Source of the DNA: a virus
Lineage: Duplodnaviria; Caudoviricetes
Length of the DNA stretch: 64,000 nt
Direction: 5' to 3' (one strand)
IMG/VR virus record: IMGVR_UViG_3300029288_000139
Coordinates: 1 to 64,000 of that record
The notes under the pieces were generated by a model, which searched no databases, had not been told where the DNA came from, and worked only from the letters and a program-made list of their open reading frames with translations. The position numbers and the translations under genes were made by a program. Positions 9,871-20,022 of the stretch are shown piece after piece (within the stretch, counting starts at the first letter, position 1; every line of letters begins with the position of its first letter).

Positions 9871-10187
9871 ATTTCAGAGCTTCTCCTCTCGAAAAAAGCC
9901 TCTATAAAATCTACTCCACAATATCCTGCTGCCATGATAGCAATCACATCAGTTCCTTTTAAAGGAGAAGAGTAAATTAAACTCAAAAGACCTCCAACAA
10001 AAGCACCAATAAACAGTCCCAAAAGACATCGAACAGAATCAAATTTATCACCTCTTCTTATCCCATCTCTCCGGGCTACTTTCTTGTACATTCCTATCCC
10101 CAGATGAAATAATTGTCCTGCAAATCCTAAAAATATGCAAAATAAAACAAACTTCACAGTTAACCCTTCAATTGAAACCATAATCAA
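9867..10187 (-). CDS. small multi-TM membrane protein, putative holin
   Basis: 2-3 hydrophobic segments, charged C-terminus, near lysis genes. Confidence 0.5.
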   Translation of the reverse strand: MIMVSIEGLTVKFVLFCIFLGFAGQLFHLGIGMYKKVARRDGIRRGDKFDSVRCLLGLFIGAFVGGLLSLIYSSPLKGTDVIAIMAAGYCGVDFIEAFFERRSSEI

Positions 10188-10621
10188 CCATCCTTTCTAT
10201 CCCAAGAATAATTTATAACACCATGAGGAGACTCCCTATACTCATCAGGTCTTTCATAATTATATTGCTCAGAAGGAATATTAACCACTAAAGCTTCTTT
10301 TTCGGAAATGCACTTAAATCCATGCCATATAAAGGGAGGAATATGTACTAATACAAGATTATTCTCTCCTGCAAATATTTCATTTATTTCTCTTGTAAAA
10401 GGGCTGTACAAAACAATTTTCATCATTCCTTTAATAACAGCCATATTGTCTTCTTGAATTTTATGATAATGCCATCCTTTTACAACTCCCGGGTAAGCTG
10501 TAGTCATATAAACCTGCCCAAACTTTTTAAAAAAAGAATCGTCCAATCTCAAAATCTCCATTAATCTGCCACGCTCATCAGGAATGACCTTTAATTTTTT
10601 AACAATAACTCCTTCTATCAT
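10184..10621 (-). CDS. rmlC: dTDP-4-dehydrorhamnose 3,5-epimerase family (cupin)
   Basis: IPDERGRLME, GVVKGWHYH, IPPFIWHGF; start moved to MIEGV (10621). Confidence 0.85.
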   Translation of the reverse strand: MIEGVIVKKLKVIPDERGRLMEILRLDDSFFKKFGQVYMTTAYPGVVKGWHYHKIQEDNMAVIKGMMKIVLYSPFTREINEIFAGENNLVLVHIPPFIWHGFKCISEKEALVVNIPSEQYNYERPDEYRESPHGVINYSWDRKDG

Positions 10622-10637
10622 ATTACTATCCTCTCTA

Positions 10638-11060
10638 TTACAATAAAAGAACTGCGCAAGCCAAAAATCCAACTACACTTCCGGAAGCACCCCAACCAAG
10701 TTTATCAAAGAAACTAGGTTTCTCTTCTTCAATCTTTTTCTCATAAGCTTCTTTTTGAACTACAATAGTTCTTTCCAAAGAATCAACTGTTTGTTCAAGC
10801 TGGGATATTCTTATCGTCTGCAATTTATTTATTTCTGTAAGATTAACAATCTTTTTATTCAGTTCTTTGTTTTCTTCTTTTAAAGAAGAAATAATTACTT
10901 TCCTTGTTTCATTATCTTCCAAAGAAACTACAATTACAGATGATTCTTCTTCAGTGAATCCCACATCAGCGTGAACAGGGACAACAATCAAAAGGGTGAA
11001 AATTAAGAGCGTTAAACCGATTAAAAAGTTCTTTCTTTGAAGTAGGTTTTTTGTTTTCAT
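10638..11060 (-). CDS. spanin-like coiled-coil protein (signal peptide plus C-terminal TM)
   Basis: N-terminal hydrophobic segment ending VHA, coiled coil, C-terminal hydrophobic segment; overlaps the upstream gene. Confidence 0.45.
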   Translation of the reverse strand: MKTKNLLQRKNFLIGLTLLIFTLLIVVPVHADVGFTEEESSVIVVSLEDNETRKVIISSLKEENKELNKKIVNLTEINKLQTIRISQLEQTVDSLERTIVVQKEAYEKKIEEEKPSFFDKLGWGASGSVVGFLACAVLLL

Positions 11061-11331
11061 CTATACTACCCTCCAATTTTTTAATCTTACTATTCAATCT
11101 TGCTATGATTTTATCTGCTTCTTTATTTCTCTTTTGTAATAAATCAATATCCTTTTTAAGCTGCTCTCTCTCTGCTTTATCTTTTTCCATAATTGTTTGA
11201 ACCTGATTTTTTATCATATCAGAGATAATTTCATTATCATAATCTTTTGGACTAAAGAAAACATAGAATAAAAGGAAGAGAATTACAAATATCACTCCCA
11301 CTCCTATAACTTTCCATTGTGTGGTAAACAT
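10966..11331 (-). CDS. i-spanin-like protein
   Basis: N-terminal TM, coiled coil, C-terminal CCPC; directly after the endolysin. Confidence 0.55.
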   Translation of the reverse strand: MFTTQWKVIGVGVIFVILFLLFYVFFSPKDYDNEIISDMIKNQVQTIMEKDKAEREQLKKDIDLLQKRNKEADKIIARLNSKIKKLEGSIDENKKPTSKKELFNRFNALNFHPFDCCPCSR

Positions 11332-11352
11332 ATCAAGCTCCTTTAGTTTTTA

Positions 11353-11961
11353 TTATACTTTTAAACCATCTCTAGCTATTACAGAATCTAATTCTGCTTC
11401 TGTAATAGGTTTTGTCTCGAAGGTTCTAGTAGCACCACCACCTCCAGAAGTACCGCCTTCAAAGAACCCTCTTGGCTCTTCCCAATGTTGAGGGTCATAC
11501 TTCTTTCCCTTCCAATCTCCACCCCAAATCATTCCAGGATCAATCATCTTCCCAATAATCCCAATCTGCTTAAAATCAATCTTCTTGTCTTTATTTGTAT
11601 CAGCATTAGCATCAGCAACGTAATGACCATTCTTATCTTTGATACCAAGATCAACAGCATGAGATTTATCATCTGTTGTAGTATCGTTTTCAAGATTCAC
11701 GATATGACGAGAATCCATAGTCCATGTAATAGCTATTTTATTTTGAGCCTCTGTTATTGGTGGCAAACCAGCTCTTTTACGAAGCTTATTTACCACAAAA
11801 AGAGGTTCTCTTGACTGAGCATAGTATGCAACTTGAACATCAAATGGGCGGTCAACCTCTATTGGAAAAATGGTTATTCCTAAAATTCTTTTTACATCTG
11901 ATATTAATTTCTCTGAAAAATTCTTTACTCTTAATGTCGCTTTATTTAGGTCTCTGGACAT
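11353..11961 (-). CDS. endolysin, M15 family peptidase
   Basis: R..DVQ..YY.Q.R, SRH, HAVD, IWGGDW, DPQHWE motifs. Confidence 0.85.
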   Translation of the reverse strand: MSRDLNKATLRVKNFSEKLISDVKRILGITIFPIEVDRPFDVQVAYYAQSREPLFVVNKLRKRAGLPPITEAQNKIAITWTMDSRHIVNLENDTTTDDKSHAVDLGIKDKNGHYVADANADTNKDKKIDFKQIGIIGKMIDPGMIWGGDWKGKKYDPQHWEEPRGFFEGGTSGGGGATRTFETKPITEAELDSVIARDGLKV

Positions 11962-12002
11962 TTCCTTTTCTCCTTTTTTAAAAATAGATAGATAGGTTTC
12001 AT

Positions 12003-12308
12003 TTAAATTTTTTCTACTGTTTTACCTTCATCATTCATAATATAAATTGGTGAATGTGCTAAAATTTGTTTCAGTACATCACCGTTCTTATGTAACCACA
12101 CTTGAACAAAATCACTAGCTACTCTCATTCCCCTTCCACCTGTTATCGCTGGCATGTTTTCTTCTATTTTTTCTTCCATTTTTAGAAAAACCAAGCAATC
12201 TGCCCGAACTCCAATTACTGCATCCTTTTTTGTGTATTCATAATGAATTTCATCAAATCCATCAAATAACACATCGTTACCTCCAGCATTTTTACATTTT
12301 AATATCAT
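12003..12308 (-). CDS. hypothetical protein
   Basis: AGGAGG RBS; ends YIMNDEGKTVEKI. Confidence 0.7.
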   Translation of the reverse strand: MILKCKNAGGNDVLFDGFDEIHYEYTKKDAVIGVRADCLVFLKMEEKIEENMPAITGGRGMRVASDFVQVWLHKNGDVLKQILAHSPIYIMNDEGKTVEKI

Positions 12309-12381
12309 ATCTTTTTCCTCCTGTTTATCTGCCTTCCTGTCTATCTATCTTTTTCTATGTAATTTTATTTTTAATTTACTA

Positions 12382-12522
12382 CTATTTTTGGTCAGAACTG
12401 TTTTTCTTGGAACGAAAGAATTCTTTAATCTTCCCAACGATCAATATAAACTTTTCTTTTACCGTTTTTCTAAAAACACCAACAACATAACCTAAACCAA
12501 ATCCAAATGAAAATTCTAACAT
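12382..12522 (-). CDS. small membrane peptide (46 aa)
   Basis: AAGGAGG then MLEFSFGFGLGYVVGVF..., read by hand. Confidence 0.45.
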   Translation of the reverse strand: MLEFSFGFGLGYVVGVFRKTVKEKFILIVGKIKEFFRSKKNSSDQK

Positions 12523-12541
12523 AATTTTTCCTCCTTACTTT

Positions 12542-13087
12542 TTAAATTTTTTTAATCATCACAGGTTCGTCCCTATACTCTCTTTCCTTACCATCTTCTT
12601 TAACCATAAATTTTTTAGAAAAGATGGAGTATATCTTTGTATTAAAAGGATTATTTCTATATGTCAATTGTACTGCCATATAATGTTCCCCAGCTTTTGC
12701 TGTATTTGGAAATTGAATCCTTGCTAAAGCAACATCCCAATAATTTTTATCTTTTACTTTTTCTGCATCTGTTTTCTTAATATTTGAAAAATACACGGGA
12801 TAAGAAGTTATAAACTTATTAACAATAGAGACTCTAATTTCGCTGGGCAAATCATAGTATTTTCTGAGTTTAAGTTTATAGCAAACATCCTGTCCAGGAA
12901 GAACTTCAGTAATTACATTTCCTTCTATATCTGTCACTTCAACAGATTTTAAATCCAATATCTTGCCTGGAACATTCATCATCCAAAGTACCACCAGTAA
13001 CAATACTGTAGAAACTATCATCATCCAAAGTCCAATGATCTTTTGAAATATTTTCCAAAAACCTTCTTCAAAATCGCAGTTTCTCAT
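12542..13087 (-). CDS. N-anchored membrane protein with a beta-rich domain
   Basis: one TM segment then an Ig-like strand pattern. Confidence 0.6.
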   Translation of the reverse strand: MRNCDFEEGFWKIFQKIIGLWMMIVSTVLLLVVLWMMNVPGKILDLKSVEVTDIEGNVITEVLPGQDVCYKLKLRKYYDLPSEIRVSIVNKFITSYPVYFSNIKKTDAEKVKDKNYWDVALARIQFPNTAKAGEHYMAVQLTYRNNPFNTKIYSIFSKKFMVKEDGKEREYRDEPVMIKKI

Positions 13088-13392
13088 ATTATTTCGCCTC
13101 CTTCCACTTTACCGCTTTCTTTTGAGTGTTTATGATTTCCATAAAATCTTTTTAATTTTTCCACATCTTCTTTTATCTTTTTTATGTCAGAGCAAACTCC
13201 TTCCTGACAAGCATCCGCTTTTAAATCTTCCTGGAGTATTAAAGCCTTCATTCGTTCCTTGCAATCTTTTTCTCTAACACATTCTTTTATATTATCTGTT
13301 TTTGTTTTAGAATCAGCTCTCCAAAAGAAAGTGAAACCAGTTATCCACATAACATTTAAACCTAAAACAACTTCAGTAATCGTTACATTCAT
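13084..13392 (-). CDS. single-TM coiled-coil protein (holin/antiholin-like position)
   Basis: N-terminal TM; lies between fibre and lysis genes. Confidence 0.5.
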   Translation of the reverse strand: MNVTITEVVLGLNVMWITGFTFFWRADSKTKTDNIKECVREKDCKERMKALILQEDLKADACQEGVCSDIKKIKEDVEKLKRFYGNHKHSKESGKVEGGEII

Positions 13393-13403
13393 TATTTTTC
13401 TCC

Positions 13404-14501
13404 TCAGGTTTTAATAATATAGTAAATCGGCTTATTAATAGGTCTTGTTTCTCCTTCTCCATTATCATAAGCTCCTCCATCCTCTACAGTTACTGGGAAA
13501 CTTGTTATCGTTGCTGAAGCATCAGTTTTTTCCCATTCAGGATGTAAAGTACTGCTGTCTCCATTTTCTATCATATCAAAAGAAGCAGTATGAGTATGGT
13601 CAGGGATTACAATTTTAGCTGCATCAGCTTGCACATCATTCATAGCTCTTACTCCATCAGGGTCAACTCCACCACCAGCACCTCTTAAGAAATAACCTCT
13701 AAAATCAGGAACTTTAAAATTTGGGGAAACACCTCCATAAGAATTTCCTATTACAGCAAACAAATTTGCATATGCAGGAAGAGCTCCATTATACGTTGAT
13801 CCATCACATAGTAAATAACCAGGAATTGGAACTGAATATTCTGCCACTGGTAATACTACACCGGGAGGGATAATAGGAGCCGAAATAGTATTAGCTATTT
13901 TACAACCATACCACTTAGCTCCACTAGCATCCCAGTACACATACATCATTTCATATTGGGATAAAGTTGGGTTAGCTTGCCCATTTACAGTTCCTTGAAT
14001 AGTTAATGTTCCGGTATTAATATTTTCAAAAATAACCCAACCCCCATCAATAGCAGGAGTTGCAGGTAAATAAATATTTTTAGCTGATACACTATTCATC
14101 TGGATCGTAGAATAATAATCTGTTACTAACATAGAATAATCCGTTGTTTTTGTTTTCACAGAATTGATAGGAGTATATCCAAGCAAACTAGCATTCGTAG
14201 CATATGGAGTCATATCTTTTCTTGTCATTATATTATGAAGATTCCTTTTAAGAAGAGATAAACTTATATCACTCATTGTATAAATATCGTATGCAGAAGG
14301 TAGTGTTCCAACTCCTTTTTCTTCCATCATTTGAGCAAGAGCTGTAACCATAGTTGTGACTTGGTACATCAATTTATTAAAATCTGAAGAAGAAACTTTT
14401 CCTCTTGTCCCTCCGTTTAGTCTGAAAGCGGAAGCACTCCATACTCCATCCGTCACCAAATTATTTTTGTAAGGATCAAACTGTAAAAAATTTGTAGCCA
14501 T
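13404..14501 (-). CDS. tail fibre protein with collar domain
   Basis: FNKLMYQVT fibre N-terminus; GYLLCDGS...LFAVIG..YG...FKVPDFRGYFLRG collar motif. Confidence 0.85.
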   Translation of the reverse strand: MATNFLQFDPYKNNLVTDGVWSASAFRLNGGTRGKVSSSDFNKLMYQVTTMVTALAQMMEEKGVGTLPSAYDIYTMSDISLSLLKRNLHNIMTRKDMTPYATNASLLGYTPINSVKTKTTDYSMLVTDYYSTIQMNSVSAKNIYLPATPAIDGGWVIFENINTGTLTIQGTVNGQANPTLSQYEMMYVYWDASGAKWYGCKIANTISAPIIPPGVVLPVAEYSVPIPGYLLCDGSTYNGALPAYANLFAVIGNSYGGVSPNFKVPDFRGYFLRGAGGGVDPDGVRAMNDVQADAAKIVIPDHTHTASFDMIENGDSSTLHPEWEKTDASATITSFPVTVEDGGAYDNGEGETRPINKPIYYIIKT

Positions 14502-14515
14502 AACTCCTCCTTTTA

Positions 14516-17500
14516 TCAAATCTCCCAATAGGCGACATCAAATCCGCCATAATCAGGCTCAATAATTTCATAATCTAGAGCAAATATTTTAACATCTCTA
14601 GGACTCCACACATAATTAATCATGACTCCTTGCGGTCTCGGAATTATCATATCATGCTCAATCATATCTTTAATCAGTTCATCCATATAACCTGTAACTG
14701 ATACTGTTATGGTCATATCTTGATTATCAGTAATCACTATATTAGTTCCGGGAAATATTCGTAACCATTTTTCTTGAATACTTCCTAACTGACCATCCCA
14801 ATGATTCAAAGCTATTCTTGATTTTAAAACTCTTCTATAAATTTCATCATCATAAAGAACAGGAAGATAAGCAGGATCTGAGGGGGTAAACCCTAAAGTT
14901 CTACTCTGACCAACAATTTCCCCAATTGCATCTAATTGAACTCCAATAGCTAATTCAATGTCAAAATCATAATTTAATTGATTAGCGCAAGTCATGGTGT
15001 CTTGTAAATAAACACAAACAACAGAACGTAACCATGCTTTAAATTTCTCTGCTAATTGATATTCAGAGGTCAATAGTTTTATATACCATTCACAAGTATG
15101 GTAATTTGCAGGATAAAAATCAGGAGGATAATAACCTTCATAAGCTACACAGAAAGCTTCATTTGAAGGATCTGATTCGATTCCATTTTCTACAGAGCAT
15201 ACAATATAATAATACCATTCTCCAACTGTTACATCTTCATGGAGATAATAAGGTTCCAAAACTCCTTCTATCTTATTTCCTGTCTCAACTGTAACTCCGG
15301 GAGCATTCGCCCAATATATGTTATAAGATTCATGATATGGAGTCGTGCCTGTCCATGTTAATTCATTTCCTTCTTTCTTTGGAAAAGCTGTGAGAATCAA
15401 TGGAATAAAACTGATTTTAATAACTGCTAAACCTGAACCACCAACTCCAGCATAAATATTATCTTCATCAGGAGCGAAATCAACTCTAGGAAATGACCCA
15501 CAACCTCCACCACCCGTTCCTGGTAAAGAATCATTATAAGTTCCCCAATAAGCAGGATTTAAAAACACCCACCTACTCATTGTAGAATCTCCATGACCTC
15601 CATTACCTTTCCCTACGACACCTACTCTTGAGCACCCACCTCCACCATACCAAAAAGATTCCCCTACAACATTTAATAAAATGCCATTTCCTCCATTCCC
15701 TACAACACCAGGAGCTCCTGCTCCTCCACCGCCACCGCCATCATCAGCTCCATCATTTCCTTGCCCAGAAACTCCTGCTCCTCCACCAGAAGTAAAATTA
15801 CCTCCGCCACCTGAACCTCCATCATTACCAAACTGATATACAGTACCTCCTCCACCGTAAGCTACCAATCCAAAAGCTTCTGAATTTTCTCCATCTATTG
15901 CTCCAATAGGATTTCCTCCATTACCAACAGTGATTGTATGAAGTCCTTGAGGGAGTATAATTTCTTCAGAATGAATAACTCCGCCAGCTCCTCCGCCAGC
16001 TGAACGAAATATATTAGGTAGTCCAGCTCCTCCACCTGCAATTAATAATACTTCAGCAACCGCAGAAGCTTTTAAATACATTGTTCCTGAACGATTAAAA
16101 ATCCAATGTTTAAACCCACTTTCATAGGGAATTGGAGAAGGATTTAACCCATCATAATCCGTATAAACGATTAAACCAGTACTAGGAGTTTTAGTCAATG
16201 CATATCGAACTTTATCTGAAACCCCAACAGCATAACTATTTTTTGCAAAAGCTCTTACTAAATGTACTTCGTTTTTTCTTAGTCCTGTCACTTCTAATGA
16301 ATATTCCCCAACTGAAAAAGAACCTGTTTCACTAATTGTATGAACAGGATTACCTGACCAATATCCAAATCCTGCACCAATTTTTACACCAAGCACTCTC
16401 ATTGTCTTACCAGTGCCTGTAAAAGAAATAGTAATTCCTGTAGGAGTGCCATATGAGCAGGTATTACTTCCATATAAACCATAAAATTCTCTCGCTGTCA
16501 CAGGTCTATCATCATTCATACCTTGATACATCAATAACATATTCATATCATACTGAATATTAATTATCCATTTCTGTCGTTCATTTAAAGGAAATTTATT
16601 TGGGTATGCTGTCACCCAATAGGGACCATTTTTAAATTGATAACCTATATCGGTTCCTACTCTAAAACAAAAAGCAAATTCTTGATCTGTTTCTAACAAT
16701 ACTGTAAAATATTCTCCAGCAACCATCGTATCTGCATCACCAAACTCAGTTTCCACTTCAATTGTAAATGTTCTGGGGATAAATCCTAAAGCTTGGTATA
16801 TTTGAGCTGTTCCTCCATCACCCGTATAAAAAACAAAAGAATCTCCAATAGCTGTTACAGAGGCAGGAGGAGAAACTGCTGTTGTACTTTGATCTGTCCA
16901 ATCACTTAAATCAGAACAATCTTCATCTAACACATCTGGAAATAAAGTATCTCCTTCTATTCCTTCAATATAAACAAAACCTCTTTCAGTTATAACATCT
17001 CCAACTCCTCCCGTTGTTGAAACTTCTGCTCTTAAAGTTATAGACTCCTCTCCTATATCTTCTTCTGCAATCCTTCCCATAAGAACTCTAGGAGAATCTT
17101 TTGCAGTATGAACTGTAATAGTAGATCCATATACTATTCCGTCAATTGTATACGTAAAAGCTCTTATTCTGTAATCTGTATCTCTTAATCCGGGACCTGT
17201 TCCTTCTGAACCTCCTGAACCTCTAGGGGAATTCAAAACCCATAAATTTACTTCATACGGATACGCCGACCTATTTGTATCATCTGTAATAACAAAATCA
17301 TCATTAACATTTGGAATTCCAGACGAAGCTTGTCTATAACAAAAACCATCTCTTGACGGAGGATTACTTCCAGCAGCAGTCACGTCCGAATGCCCCATAA
17401 AATAATACTGACGTATATGCCTTGCGTATGTATGAACTATAGTAGGCATCAAAGGAGGACTTGTTAATGTATTTACAACACTTCCTAAAACAGGAGTTGT

Positions 17501-18424
17501 CCCATCCATTATATATGCTCTTGTTCTATAATTTGTTGCACTATTTAATTTATCTACTAATAAAGAATAAGCTCCTACTCCAAAAGGGGCTCCAACAGAG
17601 GTTGATTCTATTCCAGCAAGATCTCCTAAAACAGAACCTCCTCTAAAAAAATCTAGTTTGGCATAACCTTCATCATTCCAAATACCAGTTGTCCCTCCTG
17701 TAACATAGACAAATGCATTTTCTCCCACAGGATTAAAAGAACTAGTATAAGCAGCAGACCCCACTAACGTAAAAGTTGTCTCCGTATCATCATTTCTTAA
17801 ATAAACTTGAATTAATCCAGGAGTAATATTTATTTTCCACGTTTGGTAATAACCATTTGTTTGGGGATAAGTTCTATTGTCTACAAATTCTGTAGTTCTA
17901 ATTAAAAAATTCCCTATATTTGTATAATTATTACATTTTAAATTTTTAGTAAGCCAACTCCCAGTTTTTGCTGCAGGATCTAAAATAAACACCCCATTTG
18001 TCCCTAATAATAAAATATCCATTATAGAAACAAATCTTCCGGTAATAGTCCCATCTCCAGCTATATCAACTGTAAGAGTATGAAAACACTTTGTCCTACA
18101 TCGAATAGATACAGTAGAACCCATCCCTACTATATTTTTTACTATTCCAGAACTCTTAGGAGTTCCAAGATCATAACAAGCACCAAGAACTCCCTTAAAT
18201 TCAGAAGAAAAAGTAACTCCTTGATTTCCGTAGTTACTAAAGCCAGACCAAGCATCTCCTTCAAAATCAAAAAGATCAGGTCTTATAGGTGTTGCAGAAG
18301 CGTCTTCAAGGAATAAAAATCCTCTTTCTGTTATTGCACCCCCTGTCCCAGAAACAGAACCATTTCCGGTAAAATCTGTAGAATTTATTAATGAGGAAGT
18401 ATTTGTTGTTACTGTATAAGCCAT
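14516..18424 (-). CDS. baseplate wedge (DUF2612-like) C-terminus fused to FN3-like, lectin-like and Gly-rich domains
   Basis: C-terminal AIGVQLDAIGEIVG...YRRVLKSRIALNHWDG...DNQDMT...PRPQGV; N-terminal ITERGF/RAY repeats. Confidence 0.75.
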   Translation of the reverse strand: MAYTVTTNTSSLINSTDFTGNGSVSGTGGAITERGFLFLEDASATPIRPDLFDFEGDAWSGFSNYGNQGVTFSSEFKGVLGACYDLGTPKSSGIVKNIVGMGSTVSIRCRTKCFHTLTVDIAGDGTITGRFVSIMDILLLGTNGVFILDPAAKTGSWLTKNLKCNNYTNIGNFLIRTTEFVDNRTYPQTNGYYQTWKINITPGLIQVYLRNDDTETTFTLVGSAAYTSSFNPVGENAFVYVTGGTTGIWNDEGYAKLDFFRGGSVLGDLAGIESTSVGAPFGVGAYSLLVDKLNSATNYRTRAYIMDGTTPVLGSVVNTLTSPPLMPTIVHTYARHIRQYYFMGHSDVTAAGSNPPSRDGFCYRQASSGIPNVNDDFVITDDTNRSAYPYEVNLWVLNSPRGSGGSEGTGPGLRDTDYRIRAFTYTIDGIVYGSTITVHTAKDSPRVLMGRIAEEDIGEESITLRAEVSTTGGVGDVITERGFVYIEGIEGDTLFPDVLDEDCSDLSDWTDQSTTAVSPPASVTAIGDSFVFYTGDGGTAQIYQALGFIPRTFTIEVETEFGDADTMVAGEYFTVLLETDQEFAFCFRVGTDIGYQFKNGPYWVTAYPNKFPLNERQKWIINIQYDMNMLLMYQGMNDDRPVTAREFYGLYGSNTCSYGTPTGITISFTGTGKTMRVLGVKIGAGFGYWSGNPVHTISETGSFSVGEYSLEVTGLRKNEVHLVRAFAKNSYAVGVSDKVRYALTKTPSTGLIVYTDYDGLNPSPIPYESGFKHWIFNRSGTMYLKASAVAEVLLIAGGGAGLPNIFRSAGGGAGGVIHSEEIILPQGLHTITVGNGGNPIGAIDGENSEAFGLVAYGGGGTVYQFGNDGGSGGGGNFTSGGGAGVSGQGNDGADDGGGGGGAGAPGVVGNGGNGILLNVVGESFWYGGGGCSRVGVVGKGNGGHGDSTMSRWVFLNPAYWGTYNDSLPGTGGGGCGSFPRVDFAPDEDNIYAGVGGSGLAVIKISFIPLILTAFPKKEGNELTWTGTTPYHESYNIYWANAPGVTVETGNKIEGVLEPYYLHEDVTVGEWYYYIVCSVENGIESDPSNEAFCVAYEGYYPPDFYPANYHTCEWYIKLLTSEYQLAEKFKAWLRSVVCVYLQDTMTCANQLNYDFDIELAIGVQLDAIGEIVGQSRTLGFTPSDPAYLPVLYDDEIYRRVLKSRIALNHWDGQLGSIQEKWLRIFPGTNIVITDNQDMTITVSVTGYMDELIKDMIEHDMIIPRPQGVMINYVWSPRDVKIFALDYEIIEPDYGGFDVAYWEI

Positions 18425-18435
18425 CTATAATCTCC

Positions 18436-19641
18436 TTACGGTGATTCTATTGTTATATTGATATTTTCTTCTGACAGATTTCCTAATTGACTAAATGTCA
18501 ATATCAAATCTGTATTGTCTACAGGGGTAGGAGTAAAACCCATGTATAAAGTTTGTATTGTAACTACTGGTTTATATGGATCTTCGTTGACTTCCATTCC
18601 TGCTGCTATTAAAGAACTTGCTGCAATATCTTCTCCTATCTGTAGAGAATCAACAAAATTTACAAACGCAGTTTTCATATCATCTATAACTGCTGTTGAG
18701 AATCCGGGTAAAGAACCATTAACTGTTACTTCCATATAAATATCACGATACTCAGGTCTGTAGAATCTCATCACTGAAACAATCCCTGTAACAGAATCTG
18801 TAATATCTACTTCAACGTCTCCATTGACATAACATCCCAATCCTCTGTTATCATAAATTGCTTGAGCAATATCTTCATCTGTTGCTCCTTCAACAACACA
18901 GGTTATTGAATGCTCTGGATTTCCCCACTCATCGGGAGCGTCAGTATAATTCTCGACTATGTTATATCTTCCAACATTATCTAAAGCTGCAATTGCTGCT
19001 ATTGTTCCTTCAAGAAGATTTAACGAAGGTCTCGTAACACTTATTCTTTGTCTTGCTCTTAATTCTGCATCCGTCTCAACTGCATCACCTTCGTTAGCTG
19101 CCACCAAATTTTCTACAGCTGTCCATCCACTGGTTGGAGTTGAAATAACATTAATATCTCCAATCTTTGCAGGAATTTCTCCTATCGTCTGGCAGGTTGC
19201 TATCACTGTTGCTGTTCCACTCTCGGGAGACTCTCCATCACTTACAAGAGTCACGGTTGCAGGTAAATCCCAACTATAATTACTAACATCAGAAACAACA
19301 CCATTACTTATAACAGTTTCCACTTCTCCTGTCAGAGTAACTAAACAAGTGGAATATGTAGCAGTCTTTCTTCTTATTCCATTTAGAGCAACGATTTGAT
19401 CCAACCCAGATCCAACTGCTGTATTAGGAGACCTATTATTATAAGCCAATTGAACAGATTGAATGGCATGGAACATTCGTAAAGAAACTATAGAAATCCA
19501 CTGGTAATCAGCAGAATCTTGTTCTAAATAGCAATCCTGGCCATAGATTTCTTTATATGATTCCAATATATCTTCTCTGATATCCACATATGTTGGAAGG
19601 ACTAATCCGGCTGATGTTACTTCAGGTGCTGAATAACTCAT
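18436..19641 (-). CDS. baseplate J-like protein
   Basis: GSGLDQIVALNGIRR, ETDAELRAR, position in the baseplate cluster. Confidence 0.9.
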   Translation of the reverse strand: MSYSAPEVTSAGLVLPTYVDIREDILESYKEIYGQDCYLEQDSADYQWISIVSLRMFHAIQSVQLAYNNRSPNTAVGSGLDQIVALNGIRRKTATYSTCLVTLTGEVETVISNGVVSDVSNYSWDLPATVTLVSDGESPESGTATVIATCQTIGEIPAKIGDINVISTPTSGWTAVENLVAANEGDAVETDAELRARQRISVTRPSLNLLEGTIAAIAALDNVGRYNIVENYTDAPDEWGNPEHSITCVVEGATDEDIAQAIYDNRGLGCYVNGDVEVDITDSVTGIVSVMRFYRPEYRDIYMEVTVNGSLPGFSTAVIDDMKTAFVNFVDSLQIGEDIAASSLIAAGMEVNEDPYKPVVTIQTLYMGFTPTPVDNTDLILTFSQLGNLSEENINITIESP

Positions 19642-20018
19642 CTTTGTATTTCTCCTTGTGCATTAGTTAATACAGTTCTGCCATATATTGTGTTAATCAC
19701 AGCATAGAATTGATATGCTCTTGAATCTCGATTAAATACAGAAGCCAATTGATCAATATTAAAAACTCCAGTTGTGTCTAAAATTTCTTTCTGTATCACT
19801 CTATCAATAACATCTTTTCTTGCTCCGACCACCCCAAGAATTTCTTGCCACATAGGAATCCCAAAGTAAATATCTTCCCACCATTCTCCACGAAACAATT
19901 TCAATCTTGTCATAACAGCTTGTCCAACAGCTTCAACATCTATTAAAAAATCTTGCTTTCCTCTTCCATAAACAGGTTCATTTTCAACACCTTCTAATCT
20001 TCTATATCTCATTGTCAT
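19638..20018 (-). CDS. baseplate gp25-like sheath-initiator protein
   Basis: QAVMTRLKLFRGEWW...GIP; position. Confidence 0.75.
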   Translation of the reverse strand: MTMRYRRLEGVENEPVYGRGKQDFLIDVEAVGQAVMTRLKLFRGEWWEDIYFGIPMWQEILGVVGARKDVIDRVIQKEILDTTGVFNIDQLASVFNRDSRAYQFYAVINTIYGRTVLTNAQGEIQR

Positions 20019-20022
20019 ACTA

